Virus record (IMG/VR): IMGVR_UViG_3300006028_000001
Location: 33,470-97,469 of that record
Direction: 5' to 3' (one strand)
Length of the DNA: 64,000 nucleotides
Origin: a virus
Shown here piece after piece: positions 19,628 through 29,619 of the stretch (positions are counted from its first letter, which is position 1; each line of letters opens with the position of its first letter). Below the pieces are notes generated by a model, which made no database searches, was not told where the DNA came from, and saw only the letters and a program-made list of their open reading frames with translations. The position numbers and the translations under genes are program-made.

Positions 19628-20578
19628 ATGAAGCTCGGCCGCCGCCCACCCAAGAACGCCCCCGCGCTGCGACTCGCGAACGTCCTCACCGGCGCCGTCC
19701 CGGCGCACCCGACGGCCCAGGACAACCTGAGCCGGCTGTCCGGCTGGCAGATGCTCGGCAACGACGTCGCCGGCGACTGTGTTGCGGTCACCTGGTCGAA
19801 CTTCCGCCGGCTGATCACCGCCGCGCTCGCCGGTCGGGAGGTGTACCCCACCCAGGATCAGGTGTGGCAGGTGTACCGCACCCAGAATCCCGACTTCGAC
19901 CCCAACGGCGACCCCAACGTCAACGGGCCGGGCTCGCCCGCCGACCAGGGAATGGACATCCAGACCCTGCTCGAATACCTACACACCACCGGCGGCCCGG
20001 ACGGGGTCAAGGCGGTCGCGTTCGCCAAGGTGGATCACACCAACCTCGACGAGGTCAAGGCCGCCCTGTCCATCTTCGGCGGCGTCTGGACCGGCATCAC
20101 CGTCCAAGCCGCGCAGATGCAGCAGTTCAACGCTGGGCAGCCGTGGGACTGGGTGGCCGGCTCCCCGGTCGACGGCGGCCATTCGGTGTTGTCCGGCGGG
20201 TATGGCGTCGCCGGCTCGCGGCTGGGTATCGGCGATGTCGACTTCATCACCTGGGCCAAGGAAACGTCGTTCACCGACTCCTATTGGGCGCGGGGCATCG
20301 AAGAGGCGTGGATCGTCATCTGGCCCGAGCACTTAGGGACCGCCGAGTTCCAGCAGGGCGTCAACCTTGCCGCGCTCGCCACGGACTACCAGGAGTTGAC
20401 CGGCAAGGTGCTGCCACTGCCCACCCCGGTACCGACTCCCCCGCCCGTCCCGGCCGACGTCGACCAGGCCCTGGCCGCCGCGCTGCGACACGACAACTGG
20501 GTCAACGAGCGGCACTGCTGCGGCGCCAAGCGGGTGGCGCAGGCCGCGCTGCCGTGGCTCGCCGCGCACCACCTATAG
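19628..20578 (+). CDS. Papain-like cysteine peptidase
   Basis: MLGND..GDCV (Cys), GGHSVL.GGY (His), FITW; Pro-rich linker; GAGG RBS. Confidence 0.65.
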   Translation: MKLGRRPPKNAPALRLANVLTGAVPAHPTAQDNLSRLSGWQMLGNDVAGDCVAVTWSNFRRLITAALAGREVYPTQDQVWQVYRTQNPDFDPNGDPNVNGPGSPADQGMDIQTLLEYLHTTGGPDGVKAVAFAKVDHTNLDEVKAALSIFGGVWTGITVQAAQMQQFNAGQPWDWVAGSPVDGGHSVLSGGYGVAGSRLGIGDVDFITWAKETSFTDSYWARGIEEAWIVIWPEHLGTAEFQQGVNLAALATDYQELTGKVLPLPTPVPTPPPVPADVDQALAAALRHDNWVNERHCCGAKRVAQAALPWLAAHHL

Positions 20579-20587
20579 GGGGCGGAA

Positions 20588-21148
20588 GTGGACAACACCG
20601 AGTCGGAGCGCCAGAGCTGCCCCCGTCGCATGACCGACTGGGGGGCACAGGAACGCGCCAAAGGACTGGACACTTGGAGCGACCGGGCCGCCATGTCCGG
20701 GCAGAACCGGGTGGGCAGGTCGTGCTCGTACTGCGGTTCACTCGACCCGGACCGATTCATGGAGCTCGTCCGGGACGGCTGGATCGTCGGACCGACCGAC
20801 AAGGACTACAAGGCGTACCTGGAGTCACCGCTCACCGACGACGAGAAGGCCGCCAAACGCCAGCGGTGGATGGACCACGACGCGGTTGCCCGGGCCGTCC
20901 GCGAGATCGGCGAGAAAGACGGCAAGACCGCCGAACAGATCCAGGCCGACCTCGACGAGCAGTGGCAGGAGCAGGCGGCCGGCTGGCTACACGGCGACCA
21001 GTCGGCGAAGTTCTACTACCAGCACCTGACGGCCGAACAGCGGACCGAGTTCATCGCCCTCTACAACGAGGGCCGGATGAAGGTTGGCTACCCGGGCCAC
21101 TTCTACCGACTGCCGTTCTTCTGCCGGTCGAGCCCGGCGGCGACGTGA
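20588..21148 (+). CDS. Hypothetical phage protein
   Basis: CSYCGS...TDKDYKAY...KFYYQHL...YPGHFY. Confidence 0.65.
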   Translation: MDNTESERQSCPRRMTDWGAQERAKGLDTWSDRAAMSGQNRVGRSCSYCGSLDPDRFMELVRDGWIVGPTDKDYKAYLESPLTDDEKAAKRQRWMDHDAVARAVREIGEKDGKTAEQIQADLDEQWQEQAAGWLHGDQSAKFYYQHLTAEQRTEFIALYNEGRMKVGYPGHFYRLPFFCRSSPAAT

Positions 21149-21363
21149 CCCGCCGCACCGCCTGGATTGTCGGGTTCCTCGCCGGCTTCGTCGCGTGGAT
21201 CGTGGCCGAGGTGTGGGCCGCGTTCGACAGCTCGACCAACACGGTGCCGCTGACCAACATCATCGTCGAGCACGTGCCGATGTGGCTCGGCTTTCCGCTG
21301 ATCGTCGCGTTCGCCGTGTGGCTGGTGCTGCACTTCTGGATCTACTGGCGGCGGCGGGCCTGA
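21145..21363 (+). CDS. Small two-TM membrane protein
   Basis: GTGA overlap; two hydrophobic helices. Confidence 0.65.
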   Translation: MTRRTAWIVGFLAGFVAWIVAEVWAAFDSSTNTVPLTNIIVEHVPMWLGFPLIVAFAVWLVLHFWIYWRRRA

Positions 21364-21414
21364 CTCTACTTGCGAAGTAGCGTCATGACGCTACCTTCCG
21401 CGCCGATACCGGAA

Positions 21415-21523
21415 CGCCGCGACCGGGATTCGAACCCAGGTCACTGGAACCGGGGCCATCGCCCCTGCGGGCCGGACTCGAACCGTCGGCTTCCGACATG
21501 CTCGGCCGCTGCACCACCGCGGC
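21415..21523 (-). ncRNA. tRNA-like RNA lacking an anticodon loop and carrying a second internal T-arm
   Basis: Minus strand: acceptor GCCGCGG/TCGCGGC, D-arm GTGC-AGCGGCCGA-GCAT, T-arm CTGGG-TTCGAAT-CCCGG, internal CGG-TTCGAGT-CCG; intergenic. Confidence 0.65.
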
Positions 21524-21569
21524 GTCCCATGCTGGCCAGCGCCACAACCGTACCGGAGGCACCCCCGCC

Positions 21570-21830
21570 ATGACCGATCCGACACCGCCGCCGAACGCCC
21601 CATCCGAACCGCTCGCGTCGATCTCGGTCATCACCGGCATCGGCGCCGCCCTCGTCGGCCTCGCCGTGTCGTTCGGGCTGCACCTGACCGTTGACCAGAA
21701 AGCCAGCGTCGTCGCCCTCATCACCGCGGCCGCGCCGATCGTGGTGTGGCTGTGGGGCCGGCGGCGCACCTACTCGCCCGCCACAGTCAGGCGCATGATG
21801 ACCCGCGGCGGCCATGAGCCGGGGTCGTGA
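21570..21830 (+). CDS. Holin-like two-TM protein
   Basis: EP...LAVSFGLHLTVDQKA...R..T.SP pattern of actinophage holins; GGAGG RBS. Confidence 0.7.
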   Translation: MTDPTPPPNAPSEPLASISVITGIGAALVGLAVSFGLHLTVDQKASVVALITAAAPIVVWLWGRRRTYSPATVRRMMTRGGHEPGS

Positions 21831-22238
21831 CGCCGCCCACGAACACGACGGCTGGACGTTCCGCCGCGGTACGGACGGCAGCGTGACCATCTGGGCCGGC
21901 GACGACCGCGAACTTGTCCTCACCGCCGCCGCGTGGATCCGGATCGTCACCGCGGTGTCGGCTGGCGGACGGCTCGCCTACCGGCAGGCGCAGGCGCTGC
22001 ACCGTGGCGCCACTGATGGGCGACCCGGGCGTTGAACCTGCAACACCCGCCGTCGATTGGCCGCTCACATCATGTGGACACGTCCCTTGCCGAACCGCCC
22101 GACCGCGATCCGCCGACCACCCGGCCGACGCCGGGTCACCGCCTACAGCCGGCGCAGACGCAGGTGGTAGACCGGTGGGTCAACCGGACACCGGCCGGCG
22201 TCGTCGACTGGCAACACCTGGATCAGCAAGGAGGCTGA
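21814..22238 (+). CDS. Two small hypothetical proteins (21814-22035, 22032-22238)
   Basis: Overlapping coupled ORFs continuing the late operon. Confidence 0.4.
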
Positions 22239-22239
22239 C

Positions 22240-22395
22240 ATGCGCACCCTGATCGCCATCCTGTACGTGGCCGCCGTCATCCTGCTCGTCCTCGCCGCGT
22301 TCGGCATCCCCGCCCGCGTGTCACTGGCGCTGCTCGGCGCCGCCTGCGCACTGCTGGCGTTCTCGCTGCCAGCCATGCAGGCCGGGTTCCAGTAG
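22240..22395 (+). CDS. 51-aa hydrophobic membrane peptide
   Basis: AAGGAGG RBS; MRTLIAILYVAAVILLVLAAFGIP...; below ORF-track cutoff. Confidence 0.7.
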   Translation: MRTLIAILYVAAVILLVLAAFGIPARVSLALLGAACALLAFSLPAMQAGFQ

Positions 22396-22467
22396 CCGGC
22401 CGCCGGAAACCGTCGCACCCGCGCCATACGCTTACCTGCTCACCCGCACGGCCCGCCCGCACAGCAA

Positions 22468-22530
22468 CGGGGCCACCCTTCCGATCCCACCCTCGCAGGG
22501 TGCGGTCGGGTTGGGTGGCCCCGATTTTTG
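22468..22530 (+). terminator. Intrinsic terminator of late operon (likely bidirectional)
   Basis: CGGGGCCACCC/GGGTGGCCCCG stem with inner pairing, followed by ATTTTTG; at a convergent junction. Confidence 0.8.
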
Positions 22531-22563
22531 CGTTTTACGGAATCAGCCGTCCGTGGTCACCTT

Positions 22564-22770
22564 CTACGCGTCGAACTCGCCTCCCTTGGCGCGGGTGACA
22601 AACTCGTCCCACCGACTCTGCGGAATCAGCAGCACCCTCCCATCCGGCTGCTGCGAGTTGCGCACCGCCACGGTCCCGTCATCGAGGAACGCCACCTCAA
22701 CGCTTTCATCCGCAGCCGAGTCGGCTACCGACGACTTACGCCACTGCGCCCTGCTCAAATCCACGCTCAC
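22564..22770 (-). CDS. DUF397 (BldB-like) protein
   Basis: WRKSS...SVEVAFL.DG.VAVRNS..PDG..L.....W..FV...K.GEFD. Confidence 0.85.
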   Translation of the reverse strand: MSVDLSRAQWRKSSVADSAADESVEVAFLDDGTVAVRNSQQPDGRVLLIPQSRWDEFVTRAKGGEFDA

Positions 22771-22834
22771 GAGCCCTACCCTTCGATCGTTGAATGGGAC
22801 GCGGCCGCCGTGGGGAAGGTCGGCGGCCGCGCGT

Positions 22835-23575
22835 CTAGCGTCTCGTCTGCTGCTGCGCAGGGCGGGGAGCCGGCAGATGGTGACCCAACGCCGGAGCAAC
22901 CGTCCCAAGCAGCAGCAGCGCCGCACCGGCCGCCACCACCCCCGCCGCCTTCGTGTCCCACGACCGCTTCGGAAACAACCACCAACCCACCAACACCAAC
23001 ACCACCGCCGCCAGGGCACCGGCCCGCAACCCCAGCCAAGCGCCCAATCCGGCCCGCCACGCACCCGTCCACGCCAGGAACATCAGCGGCACCCACACCC
23101 CGGCGGCCACACCGAGGCGACGGACCGGCCGCGGACAGCGACGGGCACGCCGCCGCGTCGGCTTCGCCACCTTCACCGACTCGCGGGCTGGGCGCGCGTC
23201 CGTCGGTGCCTGCCATGGGGTTACGGCACCCTTCGCTGCGTCCCGGGCCGCACGCTGACGGCGGGCCTCTGGGATCGGGATCCGCCGCGGGTTGTCCAGA
23301 TTCTCCTCGTAATTGAAAAGCGGACGCCGCGCCCGGATCTCCGCCTTCTCGGCAGCCAAGACCGCTGGCTTGTTCGGGTACACCTCGTCCAGCACCCGCC
23401 ACAAGGTGATCGTGTCCGACCACGGCTGGGCGTACACGTGCTCCAACAACCGGGCCAGCGGCTCCCGGGCGGTTTCGCCGATGTAGCCGACCGTCTTCGT
23501 CTGGTAGTTGGTGTTCGGATCCAACACCTCGAACTCGTAGACCCGACAGTCCCTCATGATGGCGGGCTGGCTCAC
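22835..23575 (-). CDS. GIY-YIG-like domain fused to C-terminal TM helices
   Basis: VYEF...GYIGET.R...R..EH...E...I....P.FN; about three TM segments. Confidence 0.65.
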   Translation of the reverse strand: MSQPAIMRDCRVYEFEVLDPNTNYQTKTVGYIGETAREPLARLLEHVYAQPWSDTITLWRVLDEVYPNKPAVLAAEKAEIRARRPLFNYEENLDNPRRIPIPEARRQRAARDAAKGAVTPWQAPTDARPARESVKVAKPTRRRARRCPRPVRRLGVAAGVWVPLMFLAWTGAWRAGLGAWLGLRAGALAAVVLVLVGWWLFPKRSWDTKAAGVVAAGAALLLLGTVAPALGHHLPAPRPAQQQTRR

Positions 23576-26178
23576 CCCGTCACCTCCCGCGCTTCGGCCG
23601 CGCGTTCCTGCTGCCGCTCCACCTCGGCCGCCGACGGCGCCTGCGGGGCGGGCGACAGTGCCGCCAGCGCGGCCTGCGCCCGGGCCCGGCCCTTCTCAGT
23701 GACCCGGTAGTCGGTGTACTCGGTGCCCACCTTCACTCGCGTGATCAGCCCATCCGCCTCCAACCTCGATGCGGCCCGGGACAGCGTGGACGGCACCGGC
23801 GCCTTCCCCCCACCCACTGCGGTCAGCCAGGCGCGGTGGCCGAAAATCTGCGGCGAGTTGATACCCGGCGCGCCGGCGACGATCGCCAGCACCACATCCG
23901 CCGCCGGCAAGGCACCTCCCGTGGCCGGCGCCTCAACCGCCGAGGTGGCCAGCGACGTGGAGTCCTGCAGCAGGTTCGCCATCCCGTTCGGGCCTTGCCC
24001 GAGCCGCCACAGGTCCATCAGCCCCTCCCGCTCGAACACCGCCACCGTCTCCGCCGGCAGGGCGGGCGCGGTCAACAGCGGCGCGCCGTCCGGCGCGTAC
24101 AGCTGGTCGAAGACGCAGCCGTCCTCGTCGGCGCGGGTGACAAACGCCGACCGCAGCGGAACCGGGGGCGCCTCCGCCGACACGGTCAGGCACATCCCGG
24201 CCAGCCTGGGCAGCGCCGACGGCATGTAGGTGCCGGTGTAGCCGGCCAGTCGCGCCTGCTGATCGGGCATCCGGTACAGCCGCAGTCGGGTCAGGCCGGT
24301 CAGGCCGCGCAGCACCGAGTTGTTCAGATCCTGCAGGCCGCCGCCCTGGGTGACCAGCTCCGTCATCTGCGCGGCGGTGCGTTCCAGCCGCTTCTGCTCC
24401 GTCAGGGCGCCGACGAACCCCGGGTCGGCGGCTTCCATGTGGAACTCCTCCCACACGTGCCGCATCGGCGGCCCGTCCCGGTCAACGTTCCACAGGGACT
24501 GTTCGGGGCGCAGCCGGCCATGCCGGTCCCGCTGCTTGCGCGACGCCAGATGCTGCTCGCGGCGTTTGCGTTCGGCGACGATGGACCGAAGGATGACGTC
24601 CCGGTGTTCGCGGGTAACACCGATGGGGAACACCCCGACGAAGTCGGCGTAGTCAACCAGCTGCTTCGGGTCGTACAACACGTCGAAGATCCCGGCGGCC
24701 AGGTCGTTGAGGAATGTCAAGATCGTTCCTGCCGTTTTGCCCCCGCCGGTGTGCCCAACCGTGAGTCCGCCGCCGGGCTGACCGGGCACGAACGCGGCCT
24801 CCTCCACGTCGTCGCCGAGGATGGACCGTCCGGTGTGCACGTAGATGGTGCCGTCTTTGGCGATGCGCACCCCGTCGCGGCCCTTCCACCGCACCGCACC
24901 ACCCAGGGGCGCGTGGTCGGTCAGCAGCATCAGGCCGCGGTTGGCCCGGCCGTCGGGTCGGTCCACCAGGGACAGGTTTGACGAGTCGACACCAAGCATC
25001 GCGGCCAGCCATTCCCGCGACGACATCAGCGGCGGGGCGCCACCCAACCGGGCCACCAGCGCGCCCGGCTCTGATTCGATGGCGTACTCCCAGCCGATGC
25101 GCGTCACCTCCCCGGCGATGGGGGCGGTCACCTCGCGGGTTTCCTCCGCGACGATCCAGGTGCGCTTCATCAGGAATCCGGCCGGCACGGTGTCGGAGCC
25201 GGCGATCTGCGCCCAACGGGCGGCCATCCGTCGGCCCATCGCTTCCGGGCTGTCGTCCTCCACAACAACCGGCGTCGCAACGGGCGCGGCGGCGAGACGG
25301 TCCGCCTCTTCCTGCGCCCGCCGGGCCGCGTCCTCGGCGCGTTGCCGGGCCAATTCCCGCAGCCGCCGGCGGGTTTCCCACAGCTCGTCCCAGTGGCTGC
25401 GGAACACCACCCACGACGCCAAACAGCCGGACAGGATCACGACCGCGCCGTTGGGCAGGACCGGCTCCACGCCGAGCAACGCCGCCACACACAGCCACAC
25501 CCCGGCGGCAAGCACCCCGGCGGCGACCAGCCGCGCCCGGGCGCGGGCCTTGCGGGCGGCGCGGCCCACCAGCCGCTCGTGGGCGCGGATCCGTTCGGCG
25601 ACGTAGGCGGCGATGTAGGCCATCACCGCGCCGAAGGTGGCCAGCGCAACGCCGACGGCGGCGACCAGCGGCGGATCCGCGGTGGCGGCGGCAACCTCAC
25701 CGGCGAGCAGCACCCCGGCGGAGGCCGCCAGCGACGGGGCGTGTCCGCGCATGTCGGCGGCGGTGCGGCGGGCCGCCTGTTCGGCTGCGGTTTTCGCTGC
25801 CTCGACCCGCGCAGTCGCAGCGTCGACCGCACGTGCTCGGTAGCTCGCGCCGATTTCCCGGAGACGGTTCATCAGTTGCTGACGCGCGCCACCGACCGGA
25901 TTCCGATCCGACGCGTCAACCGCGAACTCCACGAGCCTCAATGGGTGTCGCGGGCAGCACGGCTCCGGGTTTTCCTCGGTTGTCGGTACCCACTGTTCCA
26001 CCTCGCAACCAGGCTCGTGGCACAGGAACAGCCGGGCGCCGATCTGCCAGTTTTCGCCGACCGGCACGTGTCGCTCACCCTGCACGAGAGTGCCGTCAGC
26101 GGTGCGCCACACGTCGGACCACTTCAGCCCCGCAGGCAGTTTCGCCTTGGGTGCCTGGGTTGGGACTGGGGTGGTCAC
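23572..26178 (-). CDS. TraB/FtsK-SpoIIIE-like DNA translocase
   Basis: N-terminal TMs; Walker A GHTGGGKT; YDPK; Walker B-like HVWEEFH; LVTQ; C-terminal winged HTH. Confidence 0.8.
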   Translation of the reverse strand: MTTPVPTQAPKAKLPAGLKWSDVWRTADGTLVQGERHVPVGENWQIGARLFLCHEPGCEVEQWVPTTEENPEPCCPRHPLRLVEFAVDASDRNPVGGARQQLMNRLREIGASYRARAVDAATARVEAAKTAAEQAARRTAADMRGHAPSLAASAGVLLAGEVAAATADPPLVAAVGVALATFGAVMAYIAAYVAERIRAHERLVGRAARKARARARLVAAGVLAAGVWLCVAALLGVEPVLPNGAVVILSGCLASWVVFRSHWDELWETRRRLRELARQRAEDAARRAQEEADRLAAAPVATPVVVEDDSPEAMGRRMAARWAQIAGSDTVPAGFLMKRTWIVAEETREVTAPIAGEVTRIGWEYAIESEPGALVARLGGAPPLMSSREWLAAMLGVDSSNLSLVDRPDGRANRGLMLLTDHAPLGGAVRWKGRDGVRIAKDGTIYVHTGRSILGDDVEEAAFVPGQPGGGLTVGHTGGGKTAGTILTFLNDLAAGIFDVLYDPKQLVDYADFVGVFPIGVTREHRDVILRSIVAERKRREQHLASRKQRDRHGRLRPEQSLWNVDRDGPPMRHVWEEFHMEAADPGFVGALTEQKRLERTAAQMTELVTQGGGLQDLNNSVLRGLTGLTRLRLYRMPDQQARLAGYTGTYMPSALPRLAGMCLTVSAEAPPVPLRSAFVTRADEDGCVFDQLYAPDGAPLLTAPALPAETVAVFEREGLMDLWRLGQGPNGMANLLQDSTSLATSAVEAPATGGALPAADVVLAIVAGAPGINSPQIFGHRAWLTAVGGGKAPVPSTLSRAASRLEADGLITRVKVGTEYTDYRVTEKGRARAQAALAALSPAPQAPSAAEVERQQERAAEAREVTG

Positions 26179-26191
26179 GGTTGTCCTCCTG

Positions 26192-28317
26192 CTATTCGTT
26201 GCTGGCGTCGGTCAGCGGTCCCCTGCGCAGCAACTCGTGCCACTGCCGGTAGTCCTCGTACGGCTGCCCGTTCTCGTCGGTGTGGCCGATGTGACCCAAC
26301 CAAAGGTCGAGGACGTCGTGACGCCACAGAATCCCGAAGCGGTCACGCACACGGGTCACATCGGGGCCTGGTTCGGCATCCATCGACCACGTCTTCGTCA
26401 CGGTCATCTCCTCAAGACTCGAAGGTGACGTGCTCGATGTCCGCAAGGTAGATCTCCTCGGAGCCGCTGCTGGTGTCGATCGACACCAGACCCCGCGAAT
26501 TGCCGTAGTACCAGTCGTGCAGCAGTTGGGTCGCCGTCTGGAAGTCGCGCGCGTCAACCGGGTTGACCTGCAGTTCGCGGCCGTTGCGCAGGCCAATTCG
26601 AAGCCTGGATGCGCTCATCGCTCCACCTTTCTCATTTGCCGTAGTCGGCGCCGTAGTCCTCGCGGATGTCGAAGTCGTGGTCGGTACAGAACCGGTATGC
26701 CGAGCGCGGGTCGGACGGCTTCCGGCAGTACGTCAGGCTGGGGGTGCCGAACGCTGTGTTCCACGAGCAGCGGCCGGCCGACGTCAACCCCCACTCCTCA
26801 TCGGTGTACCGGTCACGCGACAGCAGCGGCTGAAGGTTGGTCACTGAGTTCTCCGTTCCCGTTCAGCAAACGACCAGATCAGTAGCGGCTTCGACGTGGA
26901 CCTCTTCCACTGGCGTCATCGGCGTCCAAGGGTGACGCTCATCCCGGAGGCCGCCGCACCGAGGGCTACCCGTCCAGCACAGTCCGATCCGGCCGCAGGC
27001 GGTGCACCGGTACGGCACCGGTGGGGTGTCGTCGTCGAGTTCGAAGTACACGTCGATCCACTACCGGTTACTGCGGGCGTCTTGGCGTTCACCGGTTCCG
27101 TCGAGCAGATCCAGTTGGGCTGTGGTGACCGGCCGTCCGTCCGGATACTCGCGGTCGTCGTCGAACAGCACGTACGACGACGTCTCGGGGCTGTCGGTGC
27201 CCCAGTTGTGACGGCCCTGATAGGTGCCGGCCATCCGCAACTGCCGGTGGAACACCCGGTCGCCCTCGCTGAACTGGCTCATCGGTCCGCCATCACCTTC
27301 CGGACTCGCTGTACCGCACGCGCGGCCTCGTCAGGGCTGGCCTCGCCGATCCATTCGCGGTCAGAAATGTTGTCCCATTTACAGATGATGGGCCGTCGGC
27401 GCGCGGCTTCGTCCCAGCCGGGATCGTCGGTAAGTGCGTGCCACGCGCCGAAGGGACCGGGGTGCTCATCGACTCGAACCCACGTGTAGCCGCAGTTGTC
27501 CAACCAGGCGGTGTGGTTGTCGGGCTCCCTCATCGTTCGACCTTCCTCATCAGGTGCATGTCGCGGCCGGCCAAGCGCACAGCCGCCGCCCGCATTTCGG
27601 TTGTCAGGCCGGCGCGGTCCGGGTCGGGCTCCAGTTGGATGTCGCGGCGGTCGTCCATCTCGACCAGGGCGCGGTCCAACTCGTCCGCGTCGACGTCGGC
27701 AAGTTGGGCACGCAGGTCGGCGAGGTGGATGCCCCCGCCGGGCCTGGAGGTCAGGTCGGCGTAGGCGGCGAGGATTCGCTCCGGCAACGTGCTCACCACG
27801 CACCCGCCGTCAAGACGCGTGTCCCCGGCGGTTCATGCCGAATGAATCCGTGCGGATATTCGGCGGCGAGCAGATCACGAGCCCACTGGACACAGATCGG
27901 GTCGTTGCACACCGACAGGCCGCAGCGCGTTCCGTCGACGTTCAGTTCCTGCCGGGCCAAGGCGGGGCAGTCGTCGGCCTGGCAAGGCGTCCGGACGCTC
28001 ACCGTTCCATCGCTCGGTGCGGTCACCCACCCTCGGCACGACCATCACGACCATCACGACCATCACGACCAGTCGATCGGCGCGTCACGGATCACCCGAC
28101 GGACATCCGCCTCCGACAAGCCACGCGCCTGCCCGAACCGCACCATGTCCGCGTCGTCCCAGCCGGAATTGTGCAGCCGCACCATCGCCCCACCCCGGTC
28201 ACCGGCCTGCCACAACTCGTCAGCGGCGTTCTCCGCCCGCTGCCGAGCCACCTCCCGCGCCTGCACGTCCAGCTCCTCGGCCTGCCGGCGCAGCGCCTCG
28301 TCACGCTCAAAACCCAC
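26192..28317 (-). CDS. Run of nine small hypothetical genes (26192-26407, 26412-26618, 26632-26844, 26863-27051, 27061-27282, 27279-27533, 27530-27799, 27793-28026, 28063-28317)
   Basis: Tightly packed or overlapping minus-strand ORFs with SD motifs; several Cys-rich. Confidence 0.6.
28037..28071. repeat. 9-bp tandem repeat CACGACCAT, about 3.9 copies
   Basis: cacgaccat cacgaccat cacgaccat cacgacca, at a gene junction. Confidence 0.9.
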
Positions 28318-28329
28318 CGTCGTCTCCCA

Positions 28330-28938
28330 TCACCTGTTGTCGAGAAAATCCAGAGCCGCCCGCAGCAACGGAGGCTGCGGCCCGTACAGCCACCCACCAA
28401 CCCGGTCCGCCACATCCCGCTCAAGTTCCGCGAGGCTGCCGAACCGGAACCAGGCGGCCTCCCGTGCGTCGTCACCCGCCACCACCGGCAGCCGCGCCGG
28501 AACCGCCAACACCGCCACGGTGGTGCACATCCACGCCTCGTCGGTGTTGCGCGGATCGTGCGCGAACCCGGCCCACACCACCTGCGGCGCCACACCCGCC
28601 AGACTCAGGCCGGTCTCCTCGGCCAGCTCCCGCAGCAGCGTCTCCCCCGCTGACTCACCCGGTTCGACACGGCCACCCGGCACCGCCCAACCGCCGCCGT
28701 CCACCCGGTTGATCAGAAGAATCCACCGCTGCCCAGGTTCGTTCGCGACCACCACCGGGTCGGCGGCCTGGTTTTCACCCCACAGCCGCAGCCAGCCACG
28801 ACCCGCAATCCCGATACGCTCGCAAGGGTTGACCGGGCGGCCGTCCACGACACCGAACGGGACAATCGCAGCCGCCAGCCGTGGGGCGAAGTCCACCTGT
28901 GTCGGGTCGTCCGGGTCGACGTACGGCTGGCTGCTCAC
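28330..28938 (-). CDS. Nudix hydrolase, NUDT9/ADP-ribose pyrophosphatase-like
   Basis: Canonical box GRVEPGESAGETLLRELAEETGL; GENQAADPVV, DPRNTDEAW, AGDDA. Confidence 0.9.
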   Translation of the reverse strand: MSSQPYVDPDDPTQVDFAPRLAAAIVPFGVVDGRPVNPCERIGIAGRGWLRLWGENQAADPVVVANEPGQRWILLINRVDGGGWAVPGGRVEPGESAGETLLRELAEETGLSLAGVAPQVVWAGFAHDPRNTDEAWMCTTVAVLAVPARLPVVAGDDAREAAWFRFGSLAELERDVADRVGGWLYGPQPPLLRAALDFLDNR

Positions 28939-29619
28939 TGCGTCGCCTCCGCGAGATACTGCTCGGCGGCATCCCCGAGCAGCCTGCGCATCAGCTCGGC
29001 CAAGGTGTCGCCCTGCTTGGGCCGCAGCCCCGCCGCCTGCCCCGCCTCGTCGGGGACGGCGGCGTACCGACCGAACCCGTCAGGGGCGATCCACCACTTC
29101 TCGCCGTTTTCGGTTGTCACCACGGCACGCCGGTTGTTCGCGTACCACGTCACCAAAGGTTGGTCGCTCACCGCACGCTCCAAGCCCGATGCACACCGGT
29201 CAGCACGTAGATCCCCGCCGCGTCCGCAGCCGTCGGAAACTCCCGACCGGCGGCCTCCTGCGACCGCACCCACCGGATGCACCGCTCGGCAGCCTCCGGG
29301 CTGGTGAAGTGCGCGTCGACGTACTCACGCAGCTCGCCGTCATCCACAGGAGTGCTCACCGCGGATCACCCACCACGGCGTGGATCGCCTCGTCGAGGGT
29401 GGGGAACCGCTGCGGGGCGAACTGCCGCGCCGCCGCCCACGCCTGATCACTCCACAGGTAGGTGTCGTCCTTGGCCCGGTACACCACCCAGCCGTCGCCA
29501 CCGAGCGGGAGTGCCGGAAGCGCGGAGAGGTCTCCGTCCTTCTCGTCGAGAATCGTGGCGGTACCGTCGTCGTGCAGCACCACCCGCGAATCCTTGTCGT
29601 ATCCGCTCACGGTCTTCAC
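28935..29619 (-). CDS. Three small hypothetical genes (28935-29171, 29168-29359, 29356-29619)
   Basis: GTGA overlaps; AAGGAG RBS at the first start. Confidence 0.6.

Noticed and set aside
27434-29446. 670-aa plus-strand ORF, and similar long ORFs such as 8304-10190, 5351-7006 and 33297-34904
   Set aside because: Antisense shadows of well-supported genes, common at 70% GC; no motifs
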